A stretch of DNA of 60,924 nt, counting the filler, from Sphacelaria rigidula (taxonomy: Eukaryota), in the NCBI GenBank assembly GCA_964200075.2. It is 7 parts of 7 records of this genome, joined end to end, with 100 filler letters (N's around TTAATTAATTAA, not from the genome) between each part and the next. Parts side by side here need not be neighbours in the genome. Positions count along the whole stretch, not along the records: positions 17,439 to 26,057 come from CAXNAA020010590.1; positions 26,158 to 34,774 come from CAXNAA020010591.1; positions 34,875 to 43,491 come from CAXNAA020010592.1; 4 more parts are not named here. One strand, given 5' to 3'. The notes beneath the pieces are model-generated. The model ran no database searches. It was given only the letters and a program-made list of their open reading frames with translations, and was not told where the DNA came from. Within the stretch, counting starts at the first letter, position 1. The number at the start of each line of letters is the position of its first letter. A program made the position numbers and the translations under genes. This document shows, piece by piece, positions 23,391 to 35,240 of this stretch.

Positions 23391-25188
23391 TGAACAGTGT
23401 TTCCAGACAGCTCGCAACCTGCGTCTACAGCCTTGTTTATTCCCTCGTTTCCTTGATTTTGGTTTTGCTCATTTTGTACGGCCTCCTCACCTAAAGCCAT
23501 GCAGAAACAGCGGGCATTCTCCTTCTCGTTTCAATGTTTTTGCAGGACCAGTACTTTTTTGCATGTATCACGGGATCATGTCTGTTCTCCTCTCCTTTCC
23601 GTTCCTTCCTGTTCTTTCTCCGTCCTCGTGTGTGTGCGTTTTTCTCCTGTCTGTCGTTGTTGAGTTTACTCCGTGCGGGTATGTCCAACGATCAATCAAT
23701 ACTTATTATCTTTGGTCATACTTCACGGAAACGGACACATGTTCCTGTCCTGTCCTGTCTGTCATTGACTTTGCTGGCAAACTTAGCGATTTCTCGATCT
23801 CATACTTGACCTCCCTTTTCCGCTTCCACTAATTTGTGTAGTAGATATCTTCGGGTCATATTCGTGTTGGTGTCTCTCTCCCGCAGAGTTGGCGGGCGAG
23901 ACTTCGTACCCGCGAAGTGTGGTGTCCAGATAGAGGAGGTGTGACCTGATTCAACACATTGTTTCTCTGTACGGCTCACTCACACGGCCATGTAGCAGGG
24001 GATTGATCGTTTTTTTCCGGCATCCCAACCTGCCGTTTGGTCTTTTCCTCCTCTTTCCTCGCTTCCTCCCTCCATTATACTCCGGAAGGTTTGTCCTTTC
24101 TCACCTCGTTTCCTTTTACTCAAAAGTAGAATGACGTTCCCGTTTTTACATGGTAAACAGTCTATCCTATTGCCCCGACTGTGTTGGTGGCTTCTTCATG
24201 TCTGACAATCACTTCATATAATCAGTTGCTTATATGTGGGAAGCTTTATTACTAGCAGTAATTATTAGTTGTTGGGTACTGGGTATGTCCACCACGCCCC
24301 CCCCCGCCCGCCCCACGAGTAGTGCGTTATTGGTTTGTCCGCTGCTGCTGTATTTGTCGTTTGTTCTCAATCAAAACGTGTTGATGTAGATATTGCTTCT
24401 TGTGATCGTCGCTACGTGCCAGTGGTGTAAGTGGTACCTCGTGCTCCAGTCTAGGCGGAGGAGAGAAAGTACCACGTCCGAATCCTGACAGCAATCGATA
24501 ATTCATTTGACTGGTTTTATCTTCGACGCTTGGAGATGTGTGATGGGACAACGAGCGAGGGGAGGGCCTGAAGAGCGCTGATCCACTGCTCGACACAATC
24601 AATCTGGAAGATACGTACTGTACGGGGGAAGAGACCGGTCGATCCCCTGAGAGAAAGCATTCCTTACGATGAAGGGGGAGGAGAGGGTCGAGGGTCGGCA
24701 GTAAACCGAAAAACGACAGACGGTTACATTGCCACGCTGGAGATTATGATGCATAGATTGATCGTTTTGGCCGTTGAGTAAAATGTGTACCTGCGGTCTT
24801 TGTTTTAAGAAAATCAATGATAAAAGCCATGAACAAGTCGTGACTGAACCGGCCGAATCGAAAATTAAGTAGAGCCAAGACATGAAATAAGACGTATTGG
24901 GTGCAGCTTGGACGTTTCGGATGACGTTTTTACAACGAATATGAACATTTTCATGTTTTCGTTCAGTGGCGAGACTTCTGATCGCGGCGTTCGATGTACG
25001 TTGCTTGTTTGGCGCTTTGGTATCTGATTATTTTGATGTCTCGAGATATGTGGCACGAAGAAATTGGTTAGGATTGTAAACTAAACATAATTAATGTCTA
25101 AGTATTTTCCAAGTTAAATATATATATATATATATATATATAGACAGAGTATACAACATTCTAGAAGTATTTTTCTGATCTATTTTTT

Positions 25189-25260
25189 AGCGAGTGACGC
25201 GATTCGAACGCGCGACTTGAACCTTGGCAAGGTTAAGCTCTACCACTGGGCTACACTCGC
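25189..25260 (-). tRNA. trnG-GCC: tRNA-Gly(GCC), bacterial/plastid type, probably a nuclear copy of organelle DNA
   Basis: Minus strand reads GCGAGTGTAGCCCAGTGGTAGAGCTTAACCTTGCCAAGGTTCAAGTCGCGCGTTCGAATCGCGTCACTCGCT: 7-bp acceptor stem, anticodon GCC, T-arm GTTCGAATC, U73 discriminator, one D-stem mismatch, AT-rich flanks. Confidence 0.9.
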
Positions 25261-25992
25261 CACGCGCCTGTATACCTACATGAAGTTTATAGTATATTAA
25301 ATACGAATTTATTATTGGTGAATTTTTTCAAATTTTAGGTTTAATACAAAAACTATCAACATTAATATTAGCTTTCGATGTGTGTCTTAGATTTAGCGGG
25401 CGTGTTTATGGAAGCTGGGAAACAATACGTAGCAACAGGGGCAGTGCCATGACCGGTCTATCTTCGACTCCTCAAGTCATGTTGCTGCGGCGCCCTGGTG
25501 GTTCAAGTTGTACGTGTAGATCGTGAGGGTCAGGGCGGAAGGGAAAGGGTTGATATCCAGATTGTAATGTGACCCATGCTTTTACTTCCCGAGGAGTATG
25601 TGATACCTGTCGCTGAAACTGTGCTCTTGTGAGTAGCGGAATATTGCTGACGAAAGGTGACGCTGTGCGGCAGTGTTGATCCAATCCGCGATACGAATGT
25701 ACCGGCCATGTAGAAGGAGAGATGGGTTGGGCATGATGCAGACTCATCTGGAGGAAGGGGGACGCTTGAAAGTATAAAGGGCGGAACAGAACATGGCAGG
25801 GCATCAACGCTTTGTTGTATTTCCGTCCACGGACGTTTTTGTCATTCCATATGCTCACAACAATCGGGCGGAACGTTTGCGGCCACTCTTTCATCAATCC
25901 AGCAGATGGCATGAGACAGGCACCCTATCTCTGCTACAAAGCACCGCGCATCCACAACGGCACACTACACAATGAGGCGACATGACACGCAC

Positions 25993-26057
<65 letters not shown>
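25993..26057. repeat. (TAT)n microsatellite at contig end
   Basis: About 21 TAT units running into the gap. Confidence 0.95.
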
Positions 26058-26157
26058 NNNNNNNNNNNNNNNNNNNNNNNNNNNNNNNNNNNNNNNNNNN
26101 NTTAATTAATTAANNNNNNNNNNNNNNNNNNNNNNNNNNNNNNNNNNNNNNNNNNNN
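26058..26157. other. Artificial contig-joining linker
   Basis: N44-TTAATTAATTAA-N44. Confidence 0.98.
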
Positions 26158-27382
26158 CGCTTGGTGATTGAGAGCGAACCTGGCCCGGCGAAAACCCGGC
26201 GTGCTCCGGCCCAGCTTTGTAGGAATGCGAGGTCAATGGTCTGATGACTATGTCATGCATGATCATGACTACACCCCCCTATCGTAGGATGAGCCATTCG
26301 CCGCTCGTCAATTGTGCAGGATGAATCACACTGACGTTTGTTCCATCAATGATTCGCACAAGAACTGTGATCCTTTCATGTTTTGTACTCTTGATTCGGT
26401 ATATATAACTTGTAGCTTACATAGTCCCGTTCGTCCTCCGTGTGATACTACGTCGAACGCGCATCTTTCTCATCTGTGATTCGTACAGTATTACCCTTTC
26501 AAAGATGAATCGCACTCGACAGTCGTAACGAGTTAAGTCGTATGAATCTAGATTCGTCCGACGTTTGAAATACTAGGAAACGATTCACCCAGTGTGGTTG
26601 TAGTGTAGATGCCTTCAGGGCGGCATTCGAATTGGGCATGTAAAATCGCCCCCACTCCTAACCCCCTTGTGTAATACTATTTGGAGTACTTAATGTCTTG
26701 ATGTTCGAAGTATTTTCGCATGAGCCCCTTGCTAGTACCTACTGTAGCGGGAAAATCGCTGCAGATTCCAGTTGTCAGTGATGAGCTCGTGTAGCAACTG
26801 AAGGTTCATTTGAAGTGCTCGGACGAGGCCGCCATGACGCCAAAGCTACGAGTAGAAAGGAAACAGCCGCATAGTGTCCAGCTGCCTGACGTTTAAACCT
26901 TCACCCGCAGCAGCCACATTCCCCCGCCTCCAACAACTGCTAGCAATTGCTCCCCCAAAACACCTGCGAGCGCTGGAAGTAATCTGACTTCGGCATTGGA
27001 TCTGAAACTCGGCACTGAAATATTTCACGAGCGTGGGCGATCTGTCTTTGAGGTACTCTTCTTTTCTCAGTCATCACGGGCGAAGCATATCGTCGTAGAA
27101 CATGAGATGCACGTCGCAGTATTGCAAACCTCTCCGGTTTTCCAACGGTATTTGGCACAGCTTTCATTGTCGTCGTATACAAGCTGGGCCAGTCACAAGG
27201 TCCCCGTATTCCTCCGGCATGATATAACTTTTCCAGTTTGCCGAATCAGCCTCACGAAAGATTTCGCTGTATACTGACGACCAACCTGCTGATGCATGCC
27301 CTACGGCTGAGACCACCATGAATAATGTACTGCATAATATATGGCCTCGATGACGAAATCAGACTGTTGAAAAAAAGAGAGC

Positions 27383-27457
27383 ATCTGTCCGGCTTCGAAC
27401 CCGTGGCCTTCCGCCCCTGTGGATGTCTCTCGTACCGAGTAGACAACACGTGCAGCG
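27383..27457 (-). mobile_element. tRNA-like SINE head (degenerate)
   Basis: Minus strand has TGTTGTCTACTCGG (A-box-like) … GGGTTCGAAGCC (B box). Confidence 0.45.
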
Positions 27458-30242
27458 TCGTGACACAAAATGTGAAATGGCCTTTCTGACTTATATATTT
27501 TTCAGTCGGAATTCTACAAGGATGTTCTCCAGGCGAAGTTGAATTTTTTTTCAAAAGTATCAAGAGTTGTCATACATTGTCATCGAGTTGTAATGTTTTC
27601 TTTTTGTAGATACCCCTTGAACGATTTACACACGGGGTCCAGCGGTGTCATAGAACTAGTGGAACACTCTGCCCTGTATGAGGAGCTTCGTGCCGGAGTA
27701 ATACAAGGGCCTCTTGCATGCAACTTGGAAGTTCCTTACAGAAGCATCCAGAGTCATTTTTTGTCACTGAGTCATCATATATATATATATATATATTAGA
27801 AATTTCAAGTCACCCCAATATTCTGTTATTTTTCATTTTTCTGGTTGCTTCCGCTGCTACACGCTTACTGATATTACATATACCGTGTCGAAACGTTCAG
27901 CTCCTACCTCCCGCATTTATGCAGGGCATATTTCCTCAGCCGCCAACAAGAATTCTTGGCTGGCCCCACTCGTAAAAATTGTCGGTGTCTCCACAGGTAT
28001 GACGTGTGTATTTGAGACCCGGCGCAACAAATGCACGCAGACCCCGTGTGGTTTTTTTTGGCAAAATAGTCACTCCTGCATTTCAGGTTACGGTTGTCGT
28101 GCTTGATCCATTACATCTACTAATATATCCTAGCTGTAACATACGAAGTTTATACTCTGTTTTAGAATCGTGTCGCACCAGCACTCTTGAAGAGGAGTGT
28201 TCCGAGAGGAACCATCACGTCTCACCAACATCACGATGAGCTCGTCTCACGGAACGACAGAGAAATGATTGGGTTTTTGCGAAAATGAAATATTCTATTT
28301 CGGCCTGTTCCGCTAAAATGTTGTAGCAGCTCACAGGAAACGTCCCGGAAGATCATCCCACCACAGAAAACGCTTTAATTGTGCCTGGCGCTGGCAAATG
28401 ATTTGGCCATTCCGCCTCATGCTGACACCGATATATGGGGGGTTCTTGGCATGCGGTTTGCCCAATTTTGAAGATAAAACAACGCCGTACACATGAAATG
28501 GTGCAGTGCAGGTGTGCAGCTGGGGGTGTGAGGAACTCGATGTGCTCGTTTGACACGTTTGGGATCAACACGGATGAGCTCATTCGGGGTTTAAGATAAA
28601 ATTTGCCCCGTTTGAGTCGAGAAACATGGTCGCACCGTTTTTTCAGCTAAGAAAAACCGCGCATGCAAAAATATGTGAGCGAATAAACCCCGTGGTATAC
28701 CGTCGATCGCTCCACAACCACGAGCCCGCCTTGAACAAGCTCAGCTTCGCTGAGTCGACGTTATTCGTTACAGCAGTGGATACTGAAGGAGGTATGTCCC
28801 ATCCACAGCCGTGTCACGACTTCTTCATCCAAAACGATACACTCTGTGCTGCACCTGGACTTCGCTGTCCTCCGGTTTGCTGTCGGATCAGAGAGAGGAA
28901 ACGGAGAGGTATCACACGTGTGGTCAAATGTTGAGCCAGCACAGTATACGACATGCATGTGTGACGAGCACTACTTGGGATCGAATTCTCGAAGGAGCGT
29001 CTTGAACATGTCTCCACCGCCGGGCCTGGTTTGACGGTGGTCCGTTGAGGGTATCTAAGAAAACATTGAGAGTTTGAGGGCATCGGTGGGACAGTGTGAA
29101 TCGCTTTCGTTTTTTCTGTCGTGACAAAAGTTTTGAACACCCGGAAAAAAGTGTACCACGACAGTAGGCGCACCAGCTTCGTGTGCTGTATATACGAGAA
29201 ATGGTCAAACCAACTCCCTACAGTTTGATTGGGCGCACAAAATGAGGGTCCGGTTCTTGTGATGACGACCGCACAGAGCACTAGTGCGCCGCTACACCTC
29301 TCCATGCAGAGGAGGTTTCAAAGTGTGCTCTGTAGGAAGGCGGGTTCAGATCTTACAGGCAGCGAGGTTTGAAGCATTTCGACCGAAATCTTGCTGGTTT
29401 TCGCCCCACAGTCAGCCAGAGTCGCGTATTGGTCACATGTGAAACGTTTTCACGCGAGTTCAGAATACCGAATGTTCATCCTCTCTCCGTTCTTGCCCAG
29501 CTTCCCGCTTTCTCGGCGCTCTTTGAGCGTTTGTTAATGTTCATTCACGTTGGGTTCGTCTGTCGATATGGTGACGACGGCTCGACCAATGAGTGTGCGA
29601 AATATCATCAATCAAGCGATCACTCACACAAGGCATAGCACCACACAGTTACGTGTGCTGAAAATAAGTACTCTCCCGAACCGTTCCTGTCGTTCCTGGT
29701 ATTGAGGCGTGCAAATGCATGGAGTTGCTCGCTCACAGAACATGTATGAACCTTGTATATTGGCCTCACTGGCTGACACGCACAAACAGCACCAGCACCG
29801 GACCACAGCGTTGATCGCGGCGGAATATTCAAATGTACGCGAGTGCGTTGCTGTGCTTCAGTTTCCGTCAATGCTGTCACTTCCAGGCATTGCTGCTCTA
29901 TGATTCGCTCCACGGAGCTAAGCCTGTCTTTTGTGTGGAGAACAGCACGACGACGGGTGCTTGAGAAGTCGTACACGACCCTGTTGAAGCATGTCACCGG
30001 TGGTCTGTTTGCAAAGCCTTGCCACTGCTGGCGCTTCACCTGCTGCGTATATATTCAACGCTGCATAAATCTTCGTCCAACTCTGAAACGAAATTGCAAG
30101 TTGCAAGGTTTTCGAAGTACGAGTCGCTCAATCGCGCATATCCCATTGGATGTTTACCCGTCGGATACTGGCCCCTCCCCGTTCGTGAACAGCGGCAGCA
30201 CCGTAACGATTGACGTACCTCAAGCCGAACAAGTGCTGCGGA

Positions 30243-30478
30243 ATGGAGCACACGGTATGGACGAACGCGGACGTCTTGAACGGCCTCGCAGATTTCGTAG
30301 GGAAAGACTTTTTGTTCTTCGGGGCAGTATCACGAGCATGGAGGAGTGGTTGGGGCAACCGTCCTGCTGAAACTAGAGGCATGACGGCCCACACATCCGT
30401 GGCGCAATTGCTGTACAGCTTGGAATGTGGGTTGCATCTGCCAGCGAAGTTATGTGCGGCTGCTGCGGGATTTGGCAG
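30243..30478 (+). CDS. Ankyrin-repeat gene, exon 1 (F-box-like leader)
   Basis: ATG 30243; MEHTVWTNADVLNGLADFVGKDFLFFGAVSRAWR…LCAAAAGFG; donor GGCAG|GTGAG (phase 2) joins in frame to the acceptor at 30792. Confidence 0.85.
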
Positions 30479-30791
30479 GTGAGTTCTTCACTGACAGAGG
30501 ATGGTGGTGGCCATGTGAAATGGTTCATGGTAGCTTGCACATTTCCACGATGTGTGAACATGACAGCGTTGTCTCCCCAGCCGAAACACATGTGCGATCG
30601 CACATTTTCGAACCGTCTTATCGTGCTGCCTGGTAAAACAGCACTGCTTCAAGGGCAGGGTTTTCTCAGCGGAGACAGGGAATCACGGGGGCGTTGTCTC
30701 CAGAAATGTCGTTTCAGGGAAACGAAACACCGTGCGCGAATTATTAATGTACCCCCGCTTCCTCTCCGCCGCCGTATCGTCGAACCGCCAG

Positions 30792-32211
30792 GCTGGATGT
30801 CCTCAAATGTTTGAGAGCCCGGAACTGCCCCTGGGATAAAACAATATGCCACAGAGCAGCGTCTGCTGGATACCTAGAGATTCTCCAGTGGGAACGTCCA
30901 AACGGCTGTCCGTGGGATGAAAACACGTGCTGCAGTGCAGCCGCCGGGGGGCACCTAAAGGTTCTGCAGTGGGCACGTCAAAACGGCTGCCCGTGGGATG
31001 AAAACACGTGCAGCAGTGCAGCCACTGAAGGGCACCTAGAGATTCTTCAGTGGGCACATCAAAACGGCTGCCCGTGGGATGAATACACGTGTAGCGATGC
31101 AGCCGCCGGGGGTCACCTAGAGATTCTCCAGTGGGCGCGTCAAAATGGCTGTTCGTGGCAGGAAGACACGTGCAGCAGTGCAGCCTCTGGGGGGCACCTC
31201 AAGGTTCTGCAGTGGGCATGTCAAAATGGCTGCCCGTGGAATGAATTCACGTGCACCTGTGCAGCCATTGGGGGCTACCTAGAGGTTCTGCAGTGGGCAC
31301 GTCAAAAGGGCTGCCCGTGGGATGAAAACACGTGCAGCAGTGCAGCAGCTGGGGGGCACCTAGAGGTTCTGCAGTGGGCACGTCAAAACGGCTGCCCGTG
31401 GGATGAAAACACGTGCAGCAGTGCAGCCACTGAAGGGCACCTAGAGATTCTCCAGTGGGCACGTCAAAACGGCTGCCCGTGGGATGAACATACATGTACT
31501 GATGCAGCCGCTGGGGGGCACCTAGAGATTCTCCAGTGGGCACGTCAAAACGGCTGCCCGTGGGATGAAGACACGTGTAGCAGTGCAGCCGCTGGGGGGC
31601 ACCTAGAGATTCTCCAGTGGGCGCGCCAGAACGGCTGCCCGTGGGATGAATACACGTGCAGTAGCGCAGCCGCTGGGGGGCACCTTGAGATTCTCCAGTG
31701 GGGACGTCAAAATGGCTGCCCGTGGGATGAATACACGTGCAGTAGTGCAGCCGCTGGGGGGCACCTAGAGATTCTTCTGTGGGCACGTCAAAAGGGCTGC
31801 CCGTGGGATGAATACACGTGCAGCAGTGCAGCCGCTGGGGGGTACCTTGAGGTTCTGCAGTGTGCTCGTCAAAACGGCTGCCCGTGGGATGAACATACAT
31901 GTACTGATGCAGCCGCCTGGGGGCACCTAGAGGTTCTGCAGTGGGCACGTCAAAACGGCTGCCCGTGGGATGAATACACGTGTAGCAATGCAGCCGCTGG
32001 GGGGCACCTAGAGATTCTTCAGTGGGCACGCGAAAACAGCTGCCCGTGGGATGAAGTCACGTGCAGCAATGCAGCCGCTGGGGGAAACCTAGAGATTCTC
32101 CAGTGGGCACGTCAACAGGGTTGCCCGTGGGATGAAGACACGTGCAGCAATGCGGCCGCTGAAGGGCACCTAGAGATATTCCAGTGGGCACGCCAAAACG
32201 GCTGCCGGTAG
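30792..32211 (+). CDS. Ankyrin-repeat gene, exon 2 (~17 tandem 27-aa repeats CPWDExTCxxAAxGGHLEILQWARQNG)
   Basis: Acceptor CCGCCAG|G CTG GAT restores …GRLDVLKCLRARNCPW. 81-bp tandem units, TAG at 32209-32211. Confidence 0.92.
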
Positions 32212-32616
32212 AACGAGTACACTTGCAGTGGTGCAGCCGCTGGGGAAAACGTAGAGATTCTCCTGTGGGCACGCCAAAACGGCTCCCCCCGGAATGAAGA
32301 AACATGCCCTTAGGCAGCCGCTGGTGGGTATCGGCATCTAGAGATTCTGCAGCGGGCTCACTAAAACGGCTGCCCGTGAAACAAGTACACGTGCACCATG
32401 GCAGCCGCTGAGGGGCATTCAGAGATTCTCCAGTGGGCACGCCAAAACGGCTGCCCGTGGGATGAAGACACGTGCAGTAAGGCAGCCGCTGGGGGCATCT
32501 GGGAGTTCTCCAATAGGCACGCGAAAACGGCTGTCCGTGGGATGAAACGTCGTGCAAGAGTGCAGCCGCTGGAAGTTTTCCAATGGGCTCGTCAGAACGG
32601 CCGTCTGGAAGGATGA
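32212..32616 (+). pseudogene. About 5 decayed ankyrin repeat units downstream of the stop
   Basis: The 81-bp unit continues with stops and indels (e.g. CACTAAAACGGCTGCCCGTGA). Confidence 0.85.
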
Positions 32617-33910
32617 CACGGGCGTCGGGCAGCGGCTGCGAGGTACCCCCAAAATATCCAGGAGGCAGGCGAAAAAGTCTTTCCCAGGAATTGTTTGACG
32701 TAGTTATAATATCCTTACAGGGGACACCTATTCTGCTCTATTTAATGGGCGGTTGAACACTGCTGCACCTCGTGATGGAAGATACGTGCATGGCGAACAA
32801 CTGTAGGACGAGCGGCGCCTTGCAGTCATCACGAAGACGCCAGACACGAGGAAGTGCCCATTTTGCAACACAAGAGAAGTATGGATACCAACACAACGCA
32901 CCGATCCTTGATCCTTGTACGATCTAGAAGATCGGGGTTTGCATACCCATGGTCAGTTCTCTGGAAGAAATGTCATGAATACACATGAATAGGGCCGAGC
33001 ATCCGTGAAACCGTCGGACACCAATGTGGCTGCTGCGTCGAAACATGTAGTACCTTTCCACCGGACGTGCAAGGTACCATGAGTCGCTCCAGAACTGGGA
33101 ACTGCTTGAAGAACATTCGGAGATGCTCCCAAACGAGAGTATTTGCATCCGATGGAGAGTGGATGGTTCATCTGTGGCAGACTTCACGTGTGGAGCTTCG
33201 TGTTCTCCCGCATGTAAAGTTTACAGTGGGCAGCCCGGGTTAGAGCGTACCAGTGCAAGTGGGACAAGGGTGCCCCAAGATTGACCTTGTTGCCTGAAAT
33301 GGAAGGGATCAACATGCATATATTCCATGATGAGACAAATATCGATACGCGGGGTGTTTTGACTTTTTTTTAACAGGTTTGTGTCCATTTTCTGCATGAG
33401 TGCCTTTTGCGGTTGTTTTCGTTCGCTTATCCTGGGTACCGGTATCTGGTATCCACGGGTGCGATAGTGGTTTATCAATCGATGTGAGATACGTGATAGA
33501 TCAGAGCATGAGTTGTACATCTATAGGGCATTTGATGAGCTTCTGTTCGGGCCTCATGGCTGGTGGGCAGTCATGGCATTCCCCTTGAGCGTGCTGCCAC
33601 CGATCGAGAGTGATGACCTTGTTGTGCAACGATTTGTGGCACCTATGCTCGTACAGCCTATGCGGTTCTTCCGCGGGTTCAGCCGGCATACGACGTGTTT
33701 GTTCTTGTTCCCCCGCGTGTCTTCTTGAAATAAAGGTGAACATTCAGGCCACGGTGCGAAATATTTCGGTATTTAGCACAGTATTTAGCACGCGAATTCC
33801 CCGTAGCCTTGCCTTTACCCGCTCCCCTTCCTCGGGACATACTAGTAGTTCCGCAGCATCGAGCCGTTTGTCCCCTGGTAATACCGCGTGTGTCGGTGTT
33901 CGAATTCTCC

Positions 33911-34333
33911 AGCTAACAACAAATTGTGCGAATTGAGCTTTAACTCCGAGGTGAGGTTCAAGCCTAAAACAGTGCTTTCCCCACACTTTTGGCGATGGTG
34001 CTCAATGACGTTTTTGTCGGCTTAATGCCCCCTCGATCGCGTAGATACTTCTTCGGCGCAATTCACCGACTTTGTGAGCTTACAGCGCTGACCGAAACCG
34101 TCATTTCCCCCCCTTTTTTGAGTGGGTAATATCAGGGAAAATGACGGTTTCGGTCAGCGCTGTAAGCTCACAGAGTCGGCGAATTGCGCTGAAGAAGTAT
34201 CTACGCGATCGAGGGGCATTAAGCCGACAAAAACGTCATTGGGCACTATCGCTAAAAGTGTGGTGAAAGCACCGTTTTAGGCTTGAACCTCATCTCGGAG
34301 TTAAACCTCAATTCGCACACTTTGATCTTAGCT
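33911..34333. repeat. Long near-perfect inverted repeat (~200-bp arms, ~25-nt loop); candidate small-RNA hairpin or fold-back element
   Basis: e.g. TGTGAGCTTACAGCGCTGACCGAAACCGTCATTT vs AAATGACGGTTTCGGTCAGCGCTGTAAGCTCACA. Confidence 0.95.
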
Positions 34334-34774
34334 TCAGCCCTACTATGCCGGAGATGACCCGGTTAAAGTACTGGGGCGCGTTGGAAGATTATGGGGGATT
34401 GAAATCGATGGCGGTGATTCTCGACTTTTACAGTAGTGTATTTGGGTTCGTTATACTCTCATTTCTCCCTTTTTCTCGGGACGATATGGTAACCTGAGAG
34501 GATCAACAATGACGTTCACGATCAATCTTCGAACATGAAATTGGCGTTTAGAAGCGACTGGGTACTGGGTTCATATGACCGCAGCTGTGCTCAGTGTTCG
34601 GCCTTTTTGAGGGCTACACCATTTCACAAGGGGCAGGATGGGGAGGGAGGAGGGGGGGTATCGGTAAGGTTGTATGACGCGCTTGACGCTAGCGTGAATT
34701 TGACAGACAATGTTCCATTATTGTGGTGGAGTCATTCTTCGATACGTGGGGGAGGGGGGGGGCGTTCTCATGTG

Positions 34775-34874
34775 NNNNNNNNNNNNNNNNNNNNNNNNNN
34801 NNNNNNNNNNNNNNNNNNTTAATTAATTAANNNNNNNNNNNNNNNNNNNNNNNNNNNNNNNNNNNNNNNNNNNN
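34775..34874. other. Artificial contig-joining linker
   Basis: N44-TTAATTAATTAA-N44. Confidence 0.98.
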
Positions 34875-34910
34875 CCGCGCATAGGCAAGCACGTGTGATG
34901 CTCAGCGGGT

Positions 34911-35240
34911 AGGTGAACAGCACGGACATAGTTGACATGAACACAGCTACACACATAGAGAACGTGCTCAGCGGGCAGGGTATACTTGGAACCTTGACCT
35001 TGTTTGGTTTTGAAAAACGTCGATCCTGAGGTGTTTCGAACTACGATGAGGACCTCTAAGCACGCGGCCCTCTCACGCATCACACTTGCGACCTTGCACT
35101 GCTGTGCTGCCTGTGCTTGCAGAGTACAGCCTGTACTCGGACATCCAGTAGTACAAGGTTACAATAATACCCTGCCCGCTGAGCATGTTCTCTATGCGTG
35201 TAGCTGTGTTCATATGAACTATGTGCGTGCTGTTCACCTG
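34911..35240. mobile_element. MITE-like element with ~73-bp inverted arms
   Basis: AGGTGAACAGCACG…CTCAGCGGGCAGGGTAT (34911-34983) is mirrored at 35167-35240. The interior (~35000-35090) is shared with ~54335-54420. Confidence 0.7.

Noticed and set aside
23887..23933. Short terminal exon of the LRR gene (…ELAGETSYPRSVVSR*)
   Set aside because: There is a plausible acceptor (TCTCTCTCCCGCAG) but no recognisable motif; it cannot be supported without transcripts.
24538..24728. Solo LTR (TG…CA)
   Set aside because: No target-site duplication or second copy.
31247..32557. Long antisense ORFs (260 aa, 166 aa) over the ankyrin array
   Set aside because: Shadow frames of a tandem repeat that happens to lack minus-strand stops.
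18232..32616. LRR gene plus ankyrin gene (plus RCC1 gene) as a clustered immune locus
   Set aside because: They lie on different contigs joined arbitrarily by size.
30811..32616. 81-bp array as a CRISPR-like repeat-spacer array
   Set aside because: No unique spacers; the units are in-frame protein repeats in a spliced eukaryotic gene.
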